DNA of 64,000 bases from Minisyncoccota bacterium (GCA_965222235.1 OZ244939.1:248585-312584); one strand, 5' to 3'. Positions 19,133 through 29,928 are shown, numbered from the stretch's first letter. Notes: a model not told the origin generated them from the letters alone. Program-made: numbers and translations.

Positions 19133-20545
19133 CTACATCAGTTTCTTTTTCAGCAGTTCCTGCACCTTCGCCGGATTCGCTGATCCTTTTGTTTCTTTCA
19201 TAACCTGGCCGACCAAAAATTGAAGTGCGCGCTCCTTGCCGGCACGGTATTCATCAGCCACATCGCCATGTCGTGCCGCAACAGCGGCGACGGCTTCACT
19301 GAGAACGCCCTCATCCGACTGCTGAAAGAGATTTTCTTCCTGAGCGACAGCGCGCGGACTGCCGCCCCGCTCAACAATAATTGCGATAATATCTTTGGCA
19401 CCGCGCGAGGAAATTGTTCCGGTGGTAATAAGTCCGATGAGCTCGGCCATCGCGTCTTCGGTCAGATTGGCAAAGAGGGCATCCCCCTTTGATTCGCTGT
19501 ACCGCATGACATCGGAGAGCAGATAATTCGCCGCAAGACGGGGGGCGTCGGCGTGATTAACGGATGCGGCAACATAATCAAACATATCCGCAAATGCCGT
19601 ATGTTTCACCAGGCGCTCCGCCTGCTCCTCCGGCAGACTGAAATCAGCAATGTAGCGGTCTTTTCTCTGCAGCGGCAGTTCGGGAATGGTTTTTCTGAGC
19701 GAGTCCTCATCCCAGCCCGGCACCTGATCAATGCGGCACGGCGGTATATCCGGCTCCGGCATGTAGCGGTATTCCGCTGATGTTTCCTTCAGTCGTTGAG
19801 AAAATGTTTTTCCGGTATGTTCGTTCCATCCCCGCGTTTCCTGTACCACATTCTCCCCGCTCTCCAGAAGATTCGTCTGTCGCTCAATTTCAAACAGGAT
19901 GGCACCGCACAGTGCTCTGAACGAATTGAGGTTCTTGACTTCCGCTTTGGTGCCGGGCGTACCGGTTGTGCTGACGGAGATATTCGCCTCAACCCGCATC
20001 TCACCCCATTCCATCCTGGCACGCGCAACACCGAGGTACCGAAGTATCAGCTGCAGCATCTCCGCGAACCGTCTCGCCTCTTCCGCATCGTGTATCACCG
20101 GACCGGTGACAAGCTCCATGAGCGGCACGCCGGACCGGTTAAAATCAATGACGGATCCCTGATCCGTGACATCATGGGAGCTCTTTGCGGTATCTTCCTC
20201 AAGATGAATCCGTTCAATGAAAACACCGAGCAGTTCCGCGTTTTTCACCAGCGGATACGGATACTGGCTGATCTGATATCCTTTCGGAATATCGGGATAG
20301 AAATAGTGTTTTCGATCAAATGCAGTGTATGTCGCCAGCTCCCCGCCGAGCGCGGTGCCGATACGCAGCATGTGCTCAACCGCCTTTCTATTGAGAAACG
20401 GCAGAGCGCCCGGATAGCCCATACAGACCGGACAGATGTGGGTGTTAGGCTGCTGCTCATTCGGGTCATTGCGGCAACCGCAGAAAAGTTTGCTTTCGGT
20501 CAACAGTTCCGCATGAATTTCAAGACCTATCGTCGGCGTATACAT
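19133..20545 (-). CDS. gatB: Asp-tRNA(Asn)/Glu-tRNA(Gln) amidotransferase subunit B
   Basis: MYTPTIGLEIHAEL...CPVCMGYPGALP... and C-terminal YqeY-like domain. Confidence 0.9.
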   Translation of the reverse strand: MYTPTIGLEIHAELLTESKLFCGCRNDPNEQQPNTHICPVCMGYPGALPFLNRKAVEHMLRIGTALGGELATYTAFDRKHYFYPDIPKGYQISQYPYPLVKNAELLGVFIERIHLEEDTAKSSHDVTDQGSVIDFNRSGVPLMELVTGPVIHDAEEARRFAEMLQLILRYLGVARARMEWGEMRVEANISVSTTGTPGTKAEVKNLNSFRALCGAILFEIERQTNLLESGENVVQETRGWNEHTGKTFSQRLKETSAEYRYMPEPDIPPCRIDQVPGWDEDSLRKTIPELPLQRKDRYIADFSLPEEQAERLVKHTAFADMFDYVAASVNHADAPRLAANYLLSDVMRYSESKGDALFANLTEDAMAELIGLITTGTISSRGAKDIIAIIVERGGSPRAVAQEENLFQQSDEGVLSEAVAAVAARHGDVADEYRAGKERALQFLVGQVMKETKGSANPAKVQELLKKKLM

Positions 20546-20593
20546 ACAGGCAGTGTAGCAAACATTCCGTCAATACAGAAATCACTCAGACCC

Positions 20594-21737
20594 AAGTTCA
20601 AACAAATAATAGAACACCTGTCATATACCAAGTAATACTGGAGACATATGACAAAAGCAAAGAAAAAGAGACGGGAACCGTTCACCCGTCTGAATATTCA
20701 TGAACGGAGTAGTATTGAAGTGAGATACTGTGCTGACAAGAGATCCCTGCGGGAGATAGCGAAAGAGTTGGGCAGGTCACCGGGAACCATACATCGGGAA
20801 ATAGGGGGAAAACCGAGAAAAGGAGTCGGACGGTACTGCGCGCTGAGGGCACAGCGGGAAGCAGAGAAAAGGATACACACCCGGGGGAGGAAAGGAGTGC
20901 TGACCGACAGAGCACTCCTTGGGTATGTGCGGGAGAAGATGGAGGAAGGATGGTCTCCCGAGCAGGTGAGTATTCGTCTTCCCCGGGAGTTTCCGGAGGA
21001 CACAACCATGCGGGTATCTCATGAGACGATATATACCTTCATATATGCGCAGATTCACCAAAGCGGACACGGTATCGTGAAACCGGGGTATCTAGACTTA
21101 CGGTCTCTTCTGCCGAGAAGAAGGAAGAGACGCATACGGCAAGGAGTGAGAAACACACAGAAAACAGAACGAAGAGCGGCCTTGCCCTCCATTGAGGAGA
21201 GACCGGGGATAGAGGGGGTAATCGGTCATTGGGAAGGTGACACCATGCTCTCAAGGAAAAGCAGCGTTAGGGTAAAGAGTATGAATGAAAAGATGACCGG
21301 TCTGGCATTCTTTGAGAAAACAAAAGACGGTACCGCTGAGTCCTGTGACGCGGCAATCATCAGACGAATGCGCGCTGTCCCTCCGAGATACCGCAAGACC
21401 CTCACCCAGGACAGAGGGGCGGAGAATAGGGGGTACCGCACCGTTGAAAAAGAACTCAGTCTCTCCTGCTACTTCGCCCATCCGTACTGCTCTCATGAAA
21501 GAGGATCAAACGAGAACACCAACGGATTGTTCCGTCGGTGTTTCCCGAAGGGGACTGACTTTGACAAAAGCAATGACCGTGACATTGCCAAGGTTGAGTA
21601 CCTATTGAATACCCGTCCCAGGAAACGCCTTACTGGTCTGACCCCTTACGAGGTATTCTACCGCATGACCGGTGTCAATCTCCAGAGGATGGCATATTAC
21701 AAACTGACAGGTGTTCAATTAGAAGTTTGAATGTAGG
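20594..21737 (+). mobile_element. IS30-family insertion sequence, copy 1 (1144 bp; imperfect ~27-bp terminal inverted repeats TTCAAAC...AACACCTGTCA)
   Basis: 100% identical to 42828..43971. The IRs were found by comparing the left end with the reverse complement of the right end. Confidence 0.85.
20648..21730 (+). CDS. IS30-family DDE transposase (360 aa)
   Basis: N-terminal HTH, HWEGDT and NENTNGLFRRCFPKG..LNTRPRK motifs typical of IS30 transposases. Confidence 0.9.
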   Translation: MTKAKKKRREPFTRLNIHERSSIEVRYCADKRSLREIAKELGRSPGTIHREIGGKPRKGVGRYCALRAQREAEKRIHTRGRKGVLTDRALLGYVREKMEEGWSPEQVSIRLPREFPEDTTMRVSHETIYTFIYAQIHQSGHGIVKPGYLDLRSLLPRRRKRRIRQGVRNTQKTERRAALPSIEERPGIEGVIGHWEGDTMLSRKSSVRVKSMNEKMTGLAFFEKTKDGTAESCDAAIIRRMRAVPPRYRKTLTQDRGAENRGYRTVEKELSLSCYFAHPYCSHERGSNENTNGLFRRCFPKGTDFDKSNDRDIAKVEYLLNTRPRKRLTGLTPYEVFYRMTGVNLQRMAYYKLTGVQLEV

Positions 21738-21877
21738 AGATAGATCGTTGTAGTGTTCGCGGAATGAAAAATTTTTTTGAATCATCACCATACCAACTAT
21801 ATCTACCTCATCTTCACTGCTCGGTACGGTATACACCGGAGCACGACCGTGCGAACACAACGGTATTAAACTATGGG

Positions 21878-21948
21878 TGACCCCACGGGGAATCGAACCC
21901 CGGTTTTCGCCGTGAAAGGGCGATGTCCTGCCGCTAGACGATGGGGCC
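21878..21948 (-). tRNA. tRNA-Glu (anticodon TTC)
   Basis: Reverse complement GGCCCCATCGTCTAGCGGCAGGACATCGCCCTTTCACGGCGAAAACCGGGGTTCGATTCCCCGTGGGGTCA. Very similar to E. coli tRNA-Glu. Confidence 0.85.
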
Positions 21949-21975
21949 CGGATAACTAATACTATACACAGTGAA

Positions 21976-22938
21976 TTACATCTCCACAATATCACCGGCG
22001 CGGGAAATTGTAAATGCAGCACTCTGCACGAAACCGTCATCCTGCGCAATATCCACCTCAAGCACCGAACCGTCACCCACGAAATGCATGTCCACCACCT
22101 CCCTGCCCGGAAGCGGAATAACCGCAACACCTTTCGCTTTCGGCAGGTGGGAATCGTATACCCGCAATGATGCCAGGTACAGACTTTCTGTCACTGATGA
22201 GATGAGCGGAACGAGGATGAGATTGTCTTTCCTGACTGCGTGATTGGTCTGAACCGTCACGCTGCCGATTTCCGCACCGCTCTGATATAGCCCAAGTATA
22301 ATATCACCCGGCATGTCGTAGGAAACATCCGCCCCCTGCCGTATGCTGGGAAATACCCTGCTGTCTTCATGATGAAGATCCAGTGTGGAGAAGAAAATGG
22401 CATTCCGTATCTGCTGATCAGGCTCAACGATGCACTGACGCTGCTGCTCATCCCACTCACCGAACCGCAGAGTTACGCAGGATGTCTGATCTGCCCCCTT
22501 TAGTGCGTATGAAATCAGCCATGCCGCGCCCATAATGAGGATGAGAAAGGCAATTCCCAGAACGATAAACCGTTGCTGCATATGCTGTGTTTTGTAAAGC
22601 ACACCCCCGCCGAATATGAGCAGAATGGCAAGCGGAATACCCGAGCCAAGTATGATGCCGTAGGCCCCCAACAGTCCTCCTATCAAAACACCGTACGCGA
22701 CGAACGGAAAGGCGATGCAGGAGAGAATGATAAATATATGCTGGTGCCGACGGGTCTCTATGCGGTTCAGAACACCAATGTATGCAGCACCGGCAGCGAG
22801 CATCCACAGAACGGACAGAAGCGGGTGCAGGAGCGCCGCCCAGCTGAGGACAGACATGCCGGGAAGAAACATGAAAAGAATGATAATTGCAGGAATAACG
22901 GCGAACCTGCGACGCACCGAATATTTATTTTTTTCCAT
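21976..22938 (-). CDS. Hypothetical polytopic membrane protein (320 aa)
   Basis: Multiple TM helices in the N-terminal half and a soluble C-terminal domain. No family recognised. Confidence 0.5.
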   Translation of the reverse strand: MEKNKYSVRRRFAVIPAIIILFMFLPGMSVLSWAALLHPLLSVLWMLAAGAAYIGVLNRIETRRHQHIFIILSCIAFPFVAYGVLIGGLLGAYGIILGSGIPLAILLIFGGGVLYKTQHMQQRFIVLGIAFLILIMGAAWLISYALKGADQTSCVTLRFGEWDEQQRQCIVEPDQQIRNAIFFSTLDLHHEDSRVFPSIRQGADVSYDMPGDIILGLYQSGAEIGSVTVQTNHAVRKDNLILVPLISSVTESLYLASLRVYDSHLPKAKGVAVIPLPGREVVDMHFVGDGSVLEVDIAQDDGFVQSAAFTISRAGDIVEM

Positions 22939-23002
22939 ATACCGGTAGTATATAGCATGTGCTTATTAAAAAAAAGATGTGTGGATAAAGTCACTGCCTT
23001 AA

Positions 23003-23185
23003 GTGCACCGCAAGCGGGAGAATATCACCTCTCTATGTAAACAATATACTGATATATCGCTATTTCTACCGAAAAACGCCTACGCTGCCGACAATGCCGT
23101 GATGATCGCTCTAACCGCCTATATCCATCGCAATCGCACAATAGACCCCACCGCCCTTCCCAACCTCTCATTCCCTGAGGCATAG
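23003..23185 (+). pseudogene. Possible gene relic resembling the C-terminus of TsaD/Kae1 (…NAYAADNAVMIA…)
   Basis: Short ORF in an AT-rich intergenic stretch. The motif resembles the CTDNAAMIA C-terminal region of TsaD. Weak. Confidence 0.2.
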
Positions 23186-23247
23186 TAGTAACACAGGATA
23201 CCACACGCTATCCATTTTAGTTATATGTTTTATCAACGCAACAATAT

Positions 23248-23287
23248 AAAAGAAAAAAGAGGCAAAATTGTTTTTAATTTTGCCTCT
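23248..23287 (-). terminator. Rho-independent terminator downstream of the 23322..23945 gene (12-bp perfect stem AGAGGCAAAATT/AATTTTGCCTCT)
   Basis: Perfect inverted repeat followed by TTTTTTCTTTT on the minus strand. Confidence 0.6.
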
Positions 23288-23321
23288 CTGTTGAACTTTA
23301 TGGAATCCACATCAAAAGACT

Positions 23322-23945
23322 TTATTTCTTCCCCTGGGTGACTGGTATATACTCACGCAGATTCAAAGAGCGACACACGCCGGCAATGGGTGCGATGTCT
23401 TCTTCCTCCCCGCCGCCATAGCGACTTTCCCACTCCAACATTACTCGTGCCGGTTGCGGTCCAGCTTCTTCACTCCAGCCGCGGGGAGCGCGCCATGGAC
23501 TGAAAATCAATTCACAACGCGCAGAATTGTCATATTTGTTATTGTTATAACAATCCTTGAAGAAGTGAAGGCTGCCGCGATATCCCTTGCGCAGGAAACC
23601 GGCGGCGATCTGTTTTGCGAGATCAAGAGTAATGATGCGGGATTCGTAACCGGCTTCGTTAAAATTGATGAAACCGGGCAGTTTCTGTTCCACCATGATT
23701 GCGAAGAGGTTGGGGATTCTGCGCTTCCCATTACTTTGATCGTAGCTGCCGACGATTGTGGGACGGATAGTATGGAAACGCTCCAACGCAAAACCCGTGT
23801 TCTCTTCAACTTCTCCGGAAGAGATAAGAGTGTTGAGAGCCCGGAGTCCGCCGTCCAACCATGCCCAGTCTGACGGCACCGCTTCAACCAGCTTTGCCAT
23901 AACCTCTTGATTGTCAGGAATTTCAAAAAACAGATTGCTTTTCAT
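23322..23945 (-). CDS. Hypothetical protein (207 aa), first gene of the lower-GC island
   Basis: ORF with AT-richer composition than the flanking core genes. No family recognised. Confidence 0.45.
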   Translation of the reverse strand: MKSNLFFEIPDNQEVMAKLVEAVPSDWAWLDGGLRALNTLISSGEVEENTGFALERFHTIRPTIVGSYDQSNGKRRIPNLFAIMVEQKLPGFINFNEAGYESRIITLDLAKQIAAGFLRKGYRGSLHFFKDCYNNNKYDNSARCELIFSPWRAPRGWSEEAGPQPARVMLEWESRYGGGEEEDIAPIAGVCRSLNLREYIPVTQGKK

Positions 23946-24203
23946 GCGAAAGTCTCCTTGTGTTGGTTTGCTTGACTTCTACATACAGGTTATCACAGGT
24001 TGCTAATTTTGTCTTGATCGCAAAATCTATATGACTTTGTCATTGAGTGATGACGAATGTGTACCACTTGTGCCCTCATGTGCTGATGAGTGCATAGCGT
24101 TGGAGTTGAGGTGTTGATAAGGTTCATATGCACCTAGTTTTATCACACATATTTTTATTTTAAGTTGGGTGTGTATAACTAAAAATCCATATCGGAATCG
24201 GAT

Positions 24204-24878
24204 CTACGGAATAATGCTCTCAACTTTGTGCACATATTCCATACACTTATGCCCTCCGTATTGAGTGCAAAACGGAATTAATGCGCTGTTATCTGTTCCG
24301 TCATACGGTATAAAATTATGTGGCATTGGAAAAAACTTTTTATCAAAAATGAAGACATTGGAAACTTCAATTGGCTTCAAGTAAGATATGTGCCCTGTTT
24401 TGATAATACGATACCTGTTTTCTTCTCCAGAGAGACGTATAACAACGATCTCTTCATGTATCCCGGAACCAAGAGTTATCCATGATTTTATGACATCACG
24501 AGGATCATCGGAGTGTGGCCTGGAGGATGTTACATACCCCAACAGGTCAATAAACAAAATACCATCCTCTCGGTATACATCGACGTCCAAATAGGAGGGG
24601 GGATTAGTAAAGTCATGTGTATATTCAGCGTTAAACACCACGATATTTCCTTGATATATAGGTCTGGTAGTGGTGCTATACGCCCCCAGCAGAGCTCTCG
24701 GCACATGCAATAGTTCCGGCGGTTGGGTGGGCTTATCGGCGGGTTTATTTTCAGGCAGTAATGTAATGAATACCGCCAATGCAACAAAGGGGGGAAATAA
24801 GAATCCAACCCGCACAACCCAGAAGCAGTTTTTTAGTAAAACGCATATACATGAAGTGCGCCATGGCACACGCCTCAA
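24204..24878 (-). CDS. Hypothetical secreted/membrane-anchored protein
   Basis: N-terminal hydrophobic segment followed by a Pro/Lys-rich linker. No family recognised. Confidence 0.4.
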   Translation of the reverse strand: MRRVPWRTSCICVLLKNCFWVVRVGFLFPPFVALAVFITLLPENKPADKPTQPPELLHVPRALLGAYSTTTRPIYQGNIVVFNAEYTHDFTNPPSYLDVDVYREDGILFIDLLGYVTSSRPHSDDPRDVIKSWITLGSGIHEEIVVIRLSGEENRYRIIKTGHISYLKPIEVSNVFIFDKKFFPMPHNFIPYDGTDNSALIPFCTQYGGHKCMEYVHKVESIIP

Positions 24879-25012
24879 GACTCGTCCCCGCCACTGTTAT
24901 TTCCAAACACCGTCAATGGTATCAAGCGACCGAATTCGACAGCGGAGGCAGGTACACATAAACAACTTTCAACCGTATGATATAGCAAATGTGTACCATC
25001 TTTACACTCCAG

Positions 25013-25096
25013 TGCCCAGGAGAGGACTTGAACCTCCACGGGATTACTCCCATACGCTCCTGAAGCGTACGCGTCTACCAATTCCGCCACCTGGGC
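25013..25096 (-). tRNA. tRNA-Leu (anticodon CAG), type II long variable arm
   Basis: Reverse complement GCCCAGGTGGCGGAATTGGTAGACGCGTACGCTTCAGGAGCGTATGGGAGTAATCCCGTGGAGGTTCAAGTCCTCTCCTGGGCA. Confidence 0.85.
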
Positions 25097-25230
25097 AATA
25101 CACCTCCAGTATGACACAAACATGGGTGCGGTGCATACATTTCCTGTCGGCGCACGGTAGAAACAGCATACAAAAACAGGACCGCCTATACGGTAAAAAC
25201 GGAGGAATATATGGTACAGTATGGTTACAC

Positions 25231-26139
25231 ATGGCGGTATACCAACTGAATCATGCGCAACATGTATCCGTATGGCTGTCGCTGTACGGACAGATAGAGC
25301 GGTTACGGATATTTCTTCATTTATGGAGAGTGGAATTAAAACTGCGGTCAGCGAATGTTGCACACCTTCCCGGACACCTGCAACGGAAACGGGCATTAAA
25401 TATCAGACGCCTGCGCACATACAGAAAAGAGGGATTGTTTCCTAAAAATCTTGATTTCCGCGGTGCCTTTATTCCCTACTTCAAAGATGCAACCGGCACA
25501 CCGTGCGCAGTCGCCTATCTCATGGAACAGTCCGGACAGCGGGATATAGTTGCGGATGTCGCAGTAAAAAACAACCATGTATATGTAAATGACATCAAGG
25601 ACGGACCGGTGCTTATATGGATTAAACAGTCCGGTCTGACACAACAGGAGGCGGCTCGCATACAGCCGTCCTATAGCGGTTGGGTGGGTGGGTTTGAATC
25701 GTCATATCAAACTCCTCATCTGGTTGATCTTTTCTACCCTGCGGCGGTTAACATAACGGTCATTTCAGGGCTGACGATTGCTCTGGCATTTCTGTTGTCC
25801 CGTTCATATCTTGCTTCATTGTGCGCCGGTATCGGCAAAAAAAGATTTTATACCGTCATGATTACGACGCTCGTTATGATTAATGTCGTATCTCTTCTCA
25901 CACATTTTGTCATCTATGATGGCTACGGCACTCGCAATCCTGATATTTCTTGGGCAATACTACTGGTTATCGCCTTCCCTCTTTTTATAATAACTGTCAT
26001 TGTCGGACTGATAAAACTGTTTCTGTATTTTTCGAATAAAAAGCGCTTCATATCTTCACTCATCATCTACCCGTTAACCGGAATCGTGCTCGCAATACTG
26101 CTGATATCCCTGCCTATAATGCTGCTGCTTCTCTGGTAA
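25231..26139 (+). CDS. Hypothetical membrane protein (soluble N-domain plus C-terminal TM helices)
   Basis: The track ORF 24670..26139 crosses tRNA-Leu, so the upstream part is spurious. Start set at the first ATG after the tRNA (25231); the true start is uncertain. Confidence 0.4.
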   Translation: MAVYQLNHAQHVSVWLSLYGQIERLRIFLHLWRVELKLRSANVAHLPGHLQRKRALNIRRLRTYRKEGLFPKNLDFRGAFIPYFKDATGTPCAVAYLMEQSGQRDIVADVAVKNNHVYVNDIKDGPVLIWIKQSGLTQQEAARIQPSYSGWVGGFESSYQTPHLVDLFYPAAVNITVISGLTIALAFLLSRSYLASLCAGIGKKRFYTVMITTLVMINVVSLLTHFVIYDGYGTRNPDISWAILLVIAFPLFIITVIVGLIKLFLYFSNKKRFISSLIIYPLTGIVLAILLISLPIMLLLLW

Positions 26140-26265
26140 CAGTGCTATCGGTACACCGAATCAGCGCATACCGACTGCTATCCCCACGTCATCTGTGCTT
26201 TGATTGGAAAAAATATTAGAACACTAAAGCGGTGCAATGATGAAGCCTGATATACTGTACTGGGT

Positions 26266-27990
26266 ATGAAATTTACTCGCAATCTTAAAGACATGGGAAG
26301 AAATGATACTGCAATCGCGGGCGGAAAAGGATTCTCTCTCGGTAGAATGATTCAAGCCGGCATACCGGTGCCGGATGGTTTCGTGATTCTTTCAACCGTC
26401 TTTGAGCATATTTCAGAAACATCAGGATTAAAATCTGAAATTAAATCAATACTTTATTCTGTAAACAGTAATGATAGTGACACAATCAAATATGCTTCGG
26501 AAAAAATTAGAAAACTTGTATTCAAATCAGAAATTCCCGAAAACATTTCTCATGAAATAATGAGCAATTTTGACCTTCTTCATTCCCAATATGTTGCTGT
26601 ACGATCATCAACCCCCACAGAAGATTCAGCGGATGCGACCTGGGCCGGCATACTTGAGAGCCATCTTGAGACAACAAGAGAAGATTTGTTGGAAAATATA
26701 AAGAAATGCTGGGCATCATTATTCACACATCATGCTATTCAATATGGTTTTGAAAAAGGGTTGGATGAGAAAAATATATCTATTGCGATTGTTATACAAA
26801 AAATGGTGAAAAGTGAAAAGTCCGGAGTTGCTTTTTCTGTTCATCCGGTGACACAAAACAGGGAGCATATGATAATTGAAGCCGGTTCGGGTCTTGGCGA
26901 GGCTGTAGTATCCGGCAAGACTATACCGGATTCCTACATTGTCAGGAGAAAGTCTCTGACAATTGTCAGTAAAAGCATTCATGGGAAGCGGAGTATTCTC
27001 TCTGAAAATGAAACATTGAAACTCTCGGAGATGGTTCTCACTGTTGAAAATCTTTTCGGTTTTCCTGTTGATGTTGAATGGGCATATGAAAAAAGAAAGT
27101 TCTTTATTCTACAGAGCCGCCCCATCACAACACTAACGGAAATAGAGAACCGGATGGTTTTAGTCGGCAAACGAAGAACAGACAAAATGCATGCTGAATT
27201 ACGTATCAAGGGGTGGACAGAGGGATTAAAAAAAGAAATCGGCACCGGTTATAGAAAGATAGTTATAAACTCGGGCGGTGAACATTTTGTAGATTCTGAA
27301 AGTAGGGATGAAATAAATGAATTACTTTCTCAAAAAAGTTTTCAGGATTTTAAGTTTTATTCAGATAAAATGCGTGTATTTAGAGGTGAGAATTTTTCTG
27401 ATTTATTCACATACTTTCTTATAGCCAGACACACTGCTGACGGAATCTATAAAACATGTTCCTCCGAACAACAAAAAGCTATTGAAGAGTGGCGCAACGA
27501 TGAAAATCTCTTTCAGCCACTGGATGAATATATAAAAACAAATCCTGTTAATAAAAGTAAGGAACATTGGAAGTGGGAATTTTATAACGGAAAAATGGTT
27601 CTTACTGAACAAAATGAAAAAAACGTTGATCAAGGCGACAAAGGTGGTTTACTGTCTAAAAAAACACATAAAGAAATAAAAGGTGAGCCGGTGTACGGGG
27701 GTGTGGTTCACGGAACGGTAAAAATTGTTGAAAACTTGGATGACCTTGCAAAAATTACTGAAGGAGATATAGCAGTCGCCCAAATGATGAGCCCTGACTG
27801 TCTTCCCATTATTAAAAAATCCCGGGCAATTATCACGGATGAAGGCGGAATATTAAGTCACACCGCAATTATGGCAAGGGAAATGGAAAAGCCCTGTATT
27901 GTTGGGACCGGAACAGCAACTACAATATTGAAAGATGGGGATCAGATTAAAATTGATGCGGCATCCGGCATGATTCACATCTTGAGCTAA
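26266..27990 (+). CDS. PEP-utilizing phosphotransferase: PPDK-N-type ATP-grasp, unique ~190-aa middle region, C-terminal swivelling phospho-His domain (rifampicin-phosphotransferase-like architecture)
   Basis: N-terminus ...AGGKGFSLGRM...VAVRSSTPTEDSADATWAGILES...FFILQSRPITT. C-terminus GGILSHTAIMAREMEKPCIVG with the catalytic His motif. Confidence 0.7.
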   Translation: MKFTRNLKDMGRNDTAIAGGKGFSLGRMIQAGIPVPDGFVILSTVFEHISETSGLKSEIKSILYSVNSNDSDTIKYASEKIRKLVFKSEIPENISHEIMSNFDLLHSQYVAVRSSTPTEDSADATWAGILESHLETTREDLLENIKKCWASLFTHHAIQYGFEKGLDEKNISIAIVIQKMVKSEKSGVAFSVHPVTQNREHMIIEAGSGLGEAVVSGKTIPDSYIVRRKSLTIVSKSIHGKRSILSENETLKLSEMVLTVENLFGFPVDVEWAYEKRKFFILQSRPITTLTEIENRMVLVGKRRTDKMHAELRIKGWTEGLKKEIGTGYRKIVINSGGEHFVDSESRDEINELLSQKSFQDFKFYSDKMRVFRGENFSDLFTYFLIARHTADGIYKTCSSEQQKAIEEWRNDENLFQPLDEYIKTNPVNKSKEHWKWEFYNGKMVLTEQNEKNVDQGDKGGLLSKKTHKEIKGEPVYGGVVHGTVKIVENLDDLAKITEGDIAVAQMMSPDCLPIIKKSRAIITDEGGILSHTAIMAREMEKPCIVGTGTATTILKDGDQIKIDAASGMIHILS

Positions 27991-28188
27991 CCTCTTCGTC
28001 GCCGCTGCTAAAAATGTATGTCTTCTCTGGTGCCCAGGAAAGGATAGCGTTGGAACTGAAAAAAGTTTTTAGACCAAATATCGCCCGCTCCGAGCGCACA
28101 GTAAACCCACGAATCAACATCGTACGCTTCAAACACCAACCAAAATTACCCGGCCAAACCACCACAAACAACCACAACAAACAAAAAA

Positions 28189-29928
28189 ATGATACAATAC
28201 CAATCAATGGGTATGCTTCGTTTATGTATTTTGGCTGTTTGTCTTGCGGCAGGGCTACATTTTGGGTATGAGGCATGGCAAACATATACGCAACATGGAG
28301 TGCCGCTTAAAACGGTTGCAACCTATGCTGTACCAAGTATTACTCATAACGGTATTGAATACACCATTACTGACGCAGGGTTGCAGGGCATCAGTGACAA
28401 ACACCGGAACAAACTGCTGCAACTTGCTTACTTTGCAACAGTTGCGCGAATTGATCCGCTCCTTGCCTTACCGGGTGTAGACCTAGAAGTATTTCGTGCG
28501 GTTATTGATGAGATAGAAGCGTCACAGGAACGGGTCACGTCCGTGTATAGTCCCGAAGACCGGAAGATGATTCGAATGTCACTGTATCCGATTTCATTCC
28601 TCAAATCGCTGCATGATCTGGAGCAACTACGTCGACAGGTTGTGGAAACCCCATCGTTTAGTGATACAGAGACATATCAACGACAGTTCGTTGAAACCTA
28701 CGAACTATATATAGAAAATATAGAAACTTTGCAACATGCGATTGAAGTGCTTGTTCCTGATGCAATCAAGCGAAGCACAATCCGCTTTCATACGGGAAAC
28801 TCAAGTATGGGATTTATTGCAAACACACTGGCCAAGTATCAGGACGGTATCACTCAGGTATATGAAACACAACTTGATCGGTTTCGCTGTTATAAGGGGG
28901 TAGCTAAATACTGTTTTGAAATTACCCGACCGCAGTTACCATCAATCGTACAGTCAACCGCATCGGACGAGTATAAGAATACAGTCATGCAACATCAAAC
29001 TTTTATTGAGGCGTTTCGGCAAGATCCGTATCGCGGATACAGTCACCCGTATGCCAATGTAGAGCTGTCTACGAGCAGGTGTGGTGACCCAGATAAGCCG
29101 GGTTACTACTACCTGTGGTGGCGTGAAGACGATTCAGGATTAGCTATTTTTCGCCCTGATTTGCTACACGAGCTATTTTTCTATGATTTTTGGCACGGAA
29201 AACAGGCTGATTGGCAGTATGCGCAAGTATACCGAACGCTTCGTGGTCCGCAGTATACCTACCAGCCAATTGCAAGCCATTATGTCTGTCCGGATCTTGG
29301 GTTAGATATGGCCACCATATTGTCAATGCTCTATGTAGATGAGAATAAACTACACATAGTACCCGTTGGGTCTGAACCACAGCCCGAGATTGACCCACTC
29401 ATTGATGCAGCTAATTTCGCATACGATGAATTGACTGACTCACAGCAACTTATCCAAGTAGCGATTGAGGTATATATTGATGCATTGCATGCGCTGCTAA
29501 CCTCTACATCAGAGTCAGAATTGTATGAATACATCGGTACTACCGCTACTCAAACGGCGCATGACCTGGTCACCGTATACTATGCCCGAACTGCCTATGT
29601 TCCGGATGTATTGATGAGTGTAGTCAGTGATAACGAAGCGGTTGCTAACTATGCGTTGCATGGCACATCAACCGGATTAGACGAGTTGCTATTACTACGA
29701 ACCGTACCAATGGTGTTGTATGGCGGTTTCACCCCGACAATTCAACCACAACCTCACACCTTTGTCCGTGAATTTATCTCTGAACCGCCAGATATTCTCG
29801 TTACCTGGCCAGATTTAGAAATTGTAGATACAGCAACATTTGTCCGCGAGCTACAGAAGGCTGAGCGGGTGAAGATTGATATGTCTGCCTCTGTTGGCAC
29901 TGTGTATCCAACCAACTCGTCTAACTAA
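28189..29928 (+). CDS. Hypothetical large protein (579 aa) with N-terminal signal anchor
   Basis: N-terminal hydrophobic helix, rest unrecognised. Part of the island. Confidence 0.45.
   Translation: MIQYQSMGMLRLCILAVCLAAGLHFGYEAWQTYTQHGVPLKTVATYAVPSITHNGIEYTITDAGLQGISDKHRNKLLQLAYFATVARIDPLLALPGVDLEVFRAVIDEIEASQERVTSVYSPEDRKMIRMSLYPISFLKSLHDLEQLRRQVVETPSFSDTETYQRQFVETYELYIENIETLQHAIEVLVPDAIKRSTIRFHTGNSSMGFIANTLAKYQDGITQVYETQLDRFRCYKGVAKYCFEITRPQLPSIVQSTASDEYKNTVMQHQTFIEAFRQDPYRGYSHPYANVELSTSRCGDPDKPGYYYLWWREDDSGLAIFRPDLLHELFFYDFWHGKQADWQYAQVYRTLRGPQYTYQPIASHYVCPDLGLDMATILSMLYVDENKLHIVPVGSEPQPEIDPLIDAANFAYDELTDSQQLIQVAIEVYIDALHALLTSTSESELYEYIGTTATQTAHDLVTVYYARTAYVPDVLMSVVSDNEAVANYALHGTSTGLDELLLLRTVPMVLYGGFTPTIQPQPHTFVREFISEPPDILVTWPDLEIVDTATFVRELQKAERVKIDMSASVGTVYPTNSSN

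Noticed and set aside
24670-25230. N-terminal 187 codons of track ORF 24670..26139
   Set aside because: This part of the frame runs straight across tRNA-Leu(CAG) and its promoter region. It was treated as spurious read-through, and the gene start was moved to 25231.
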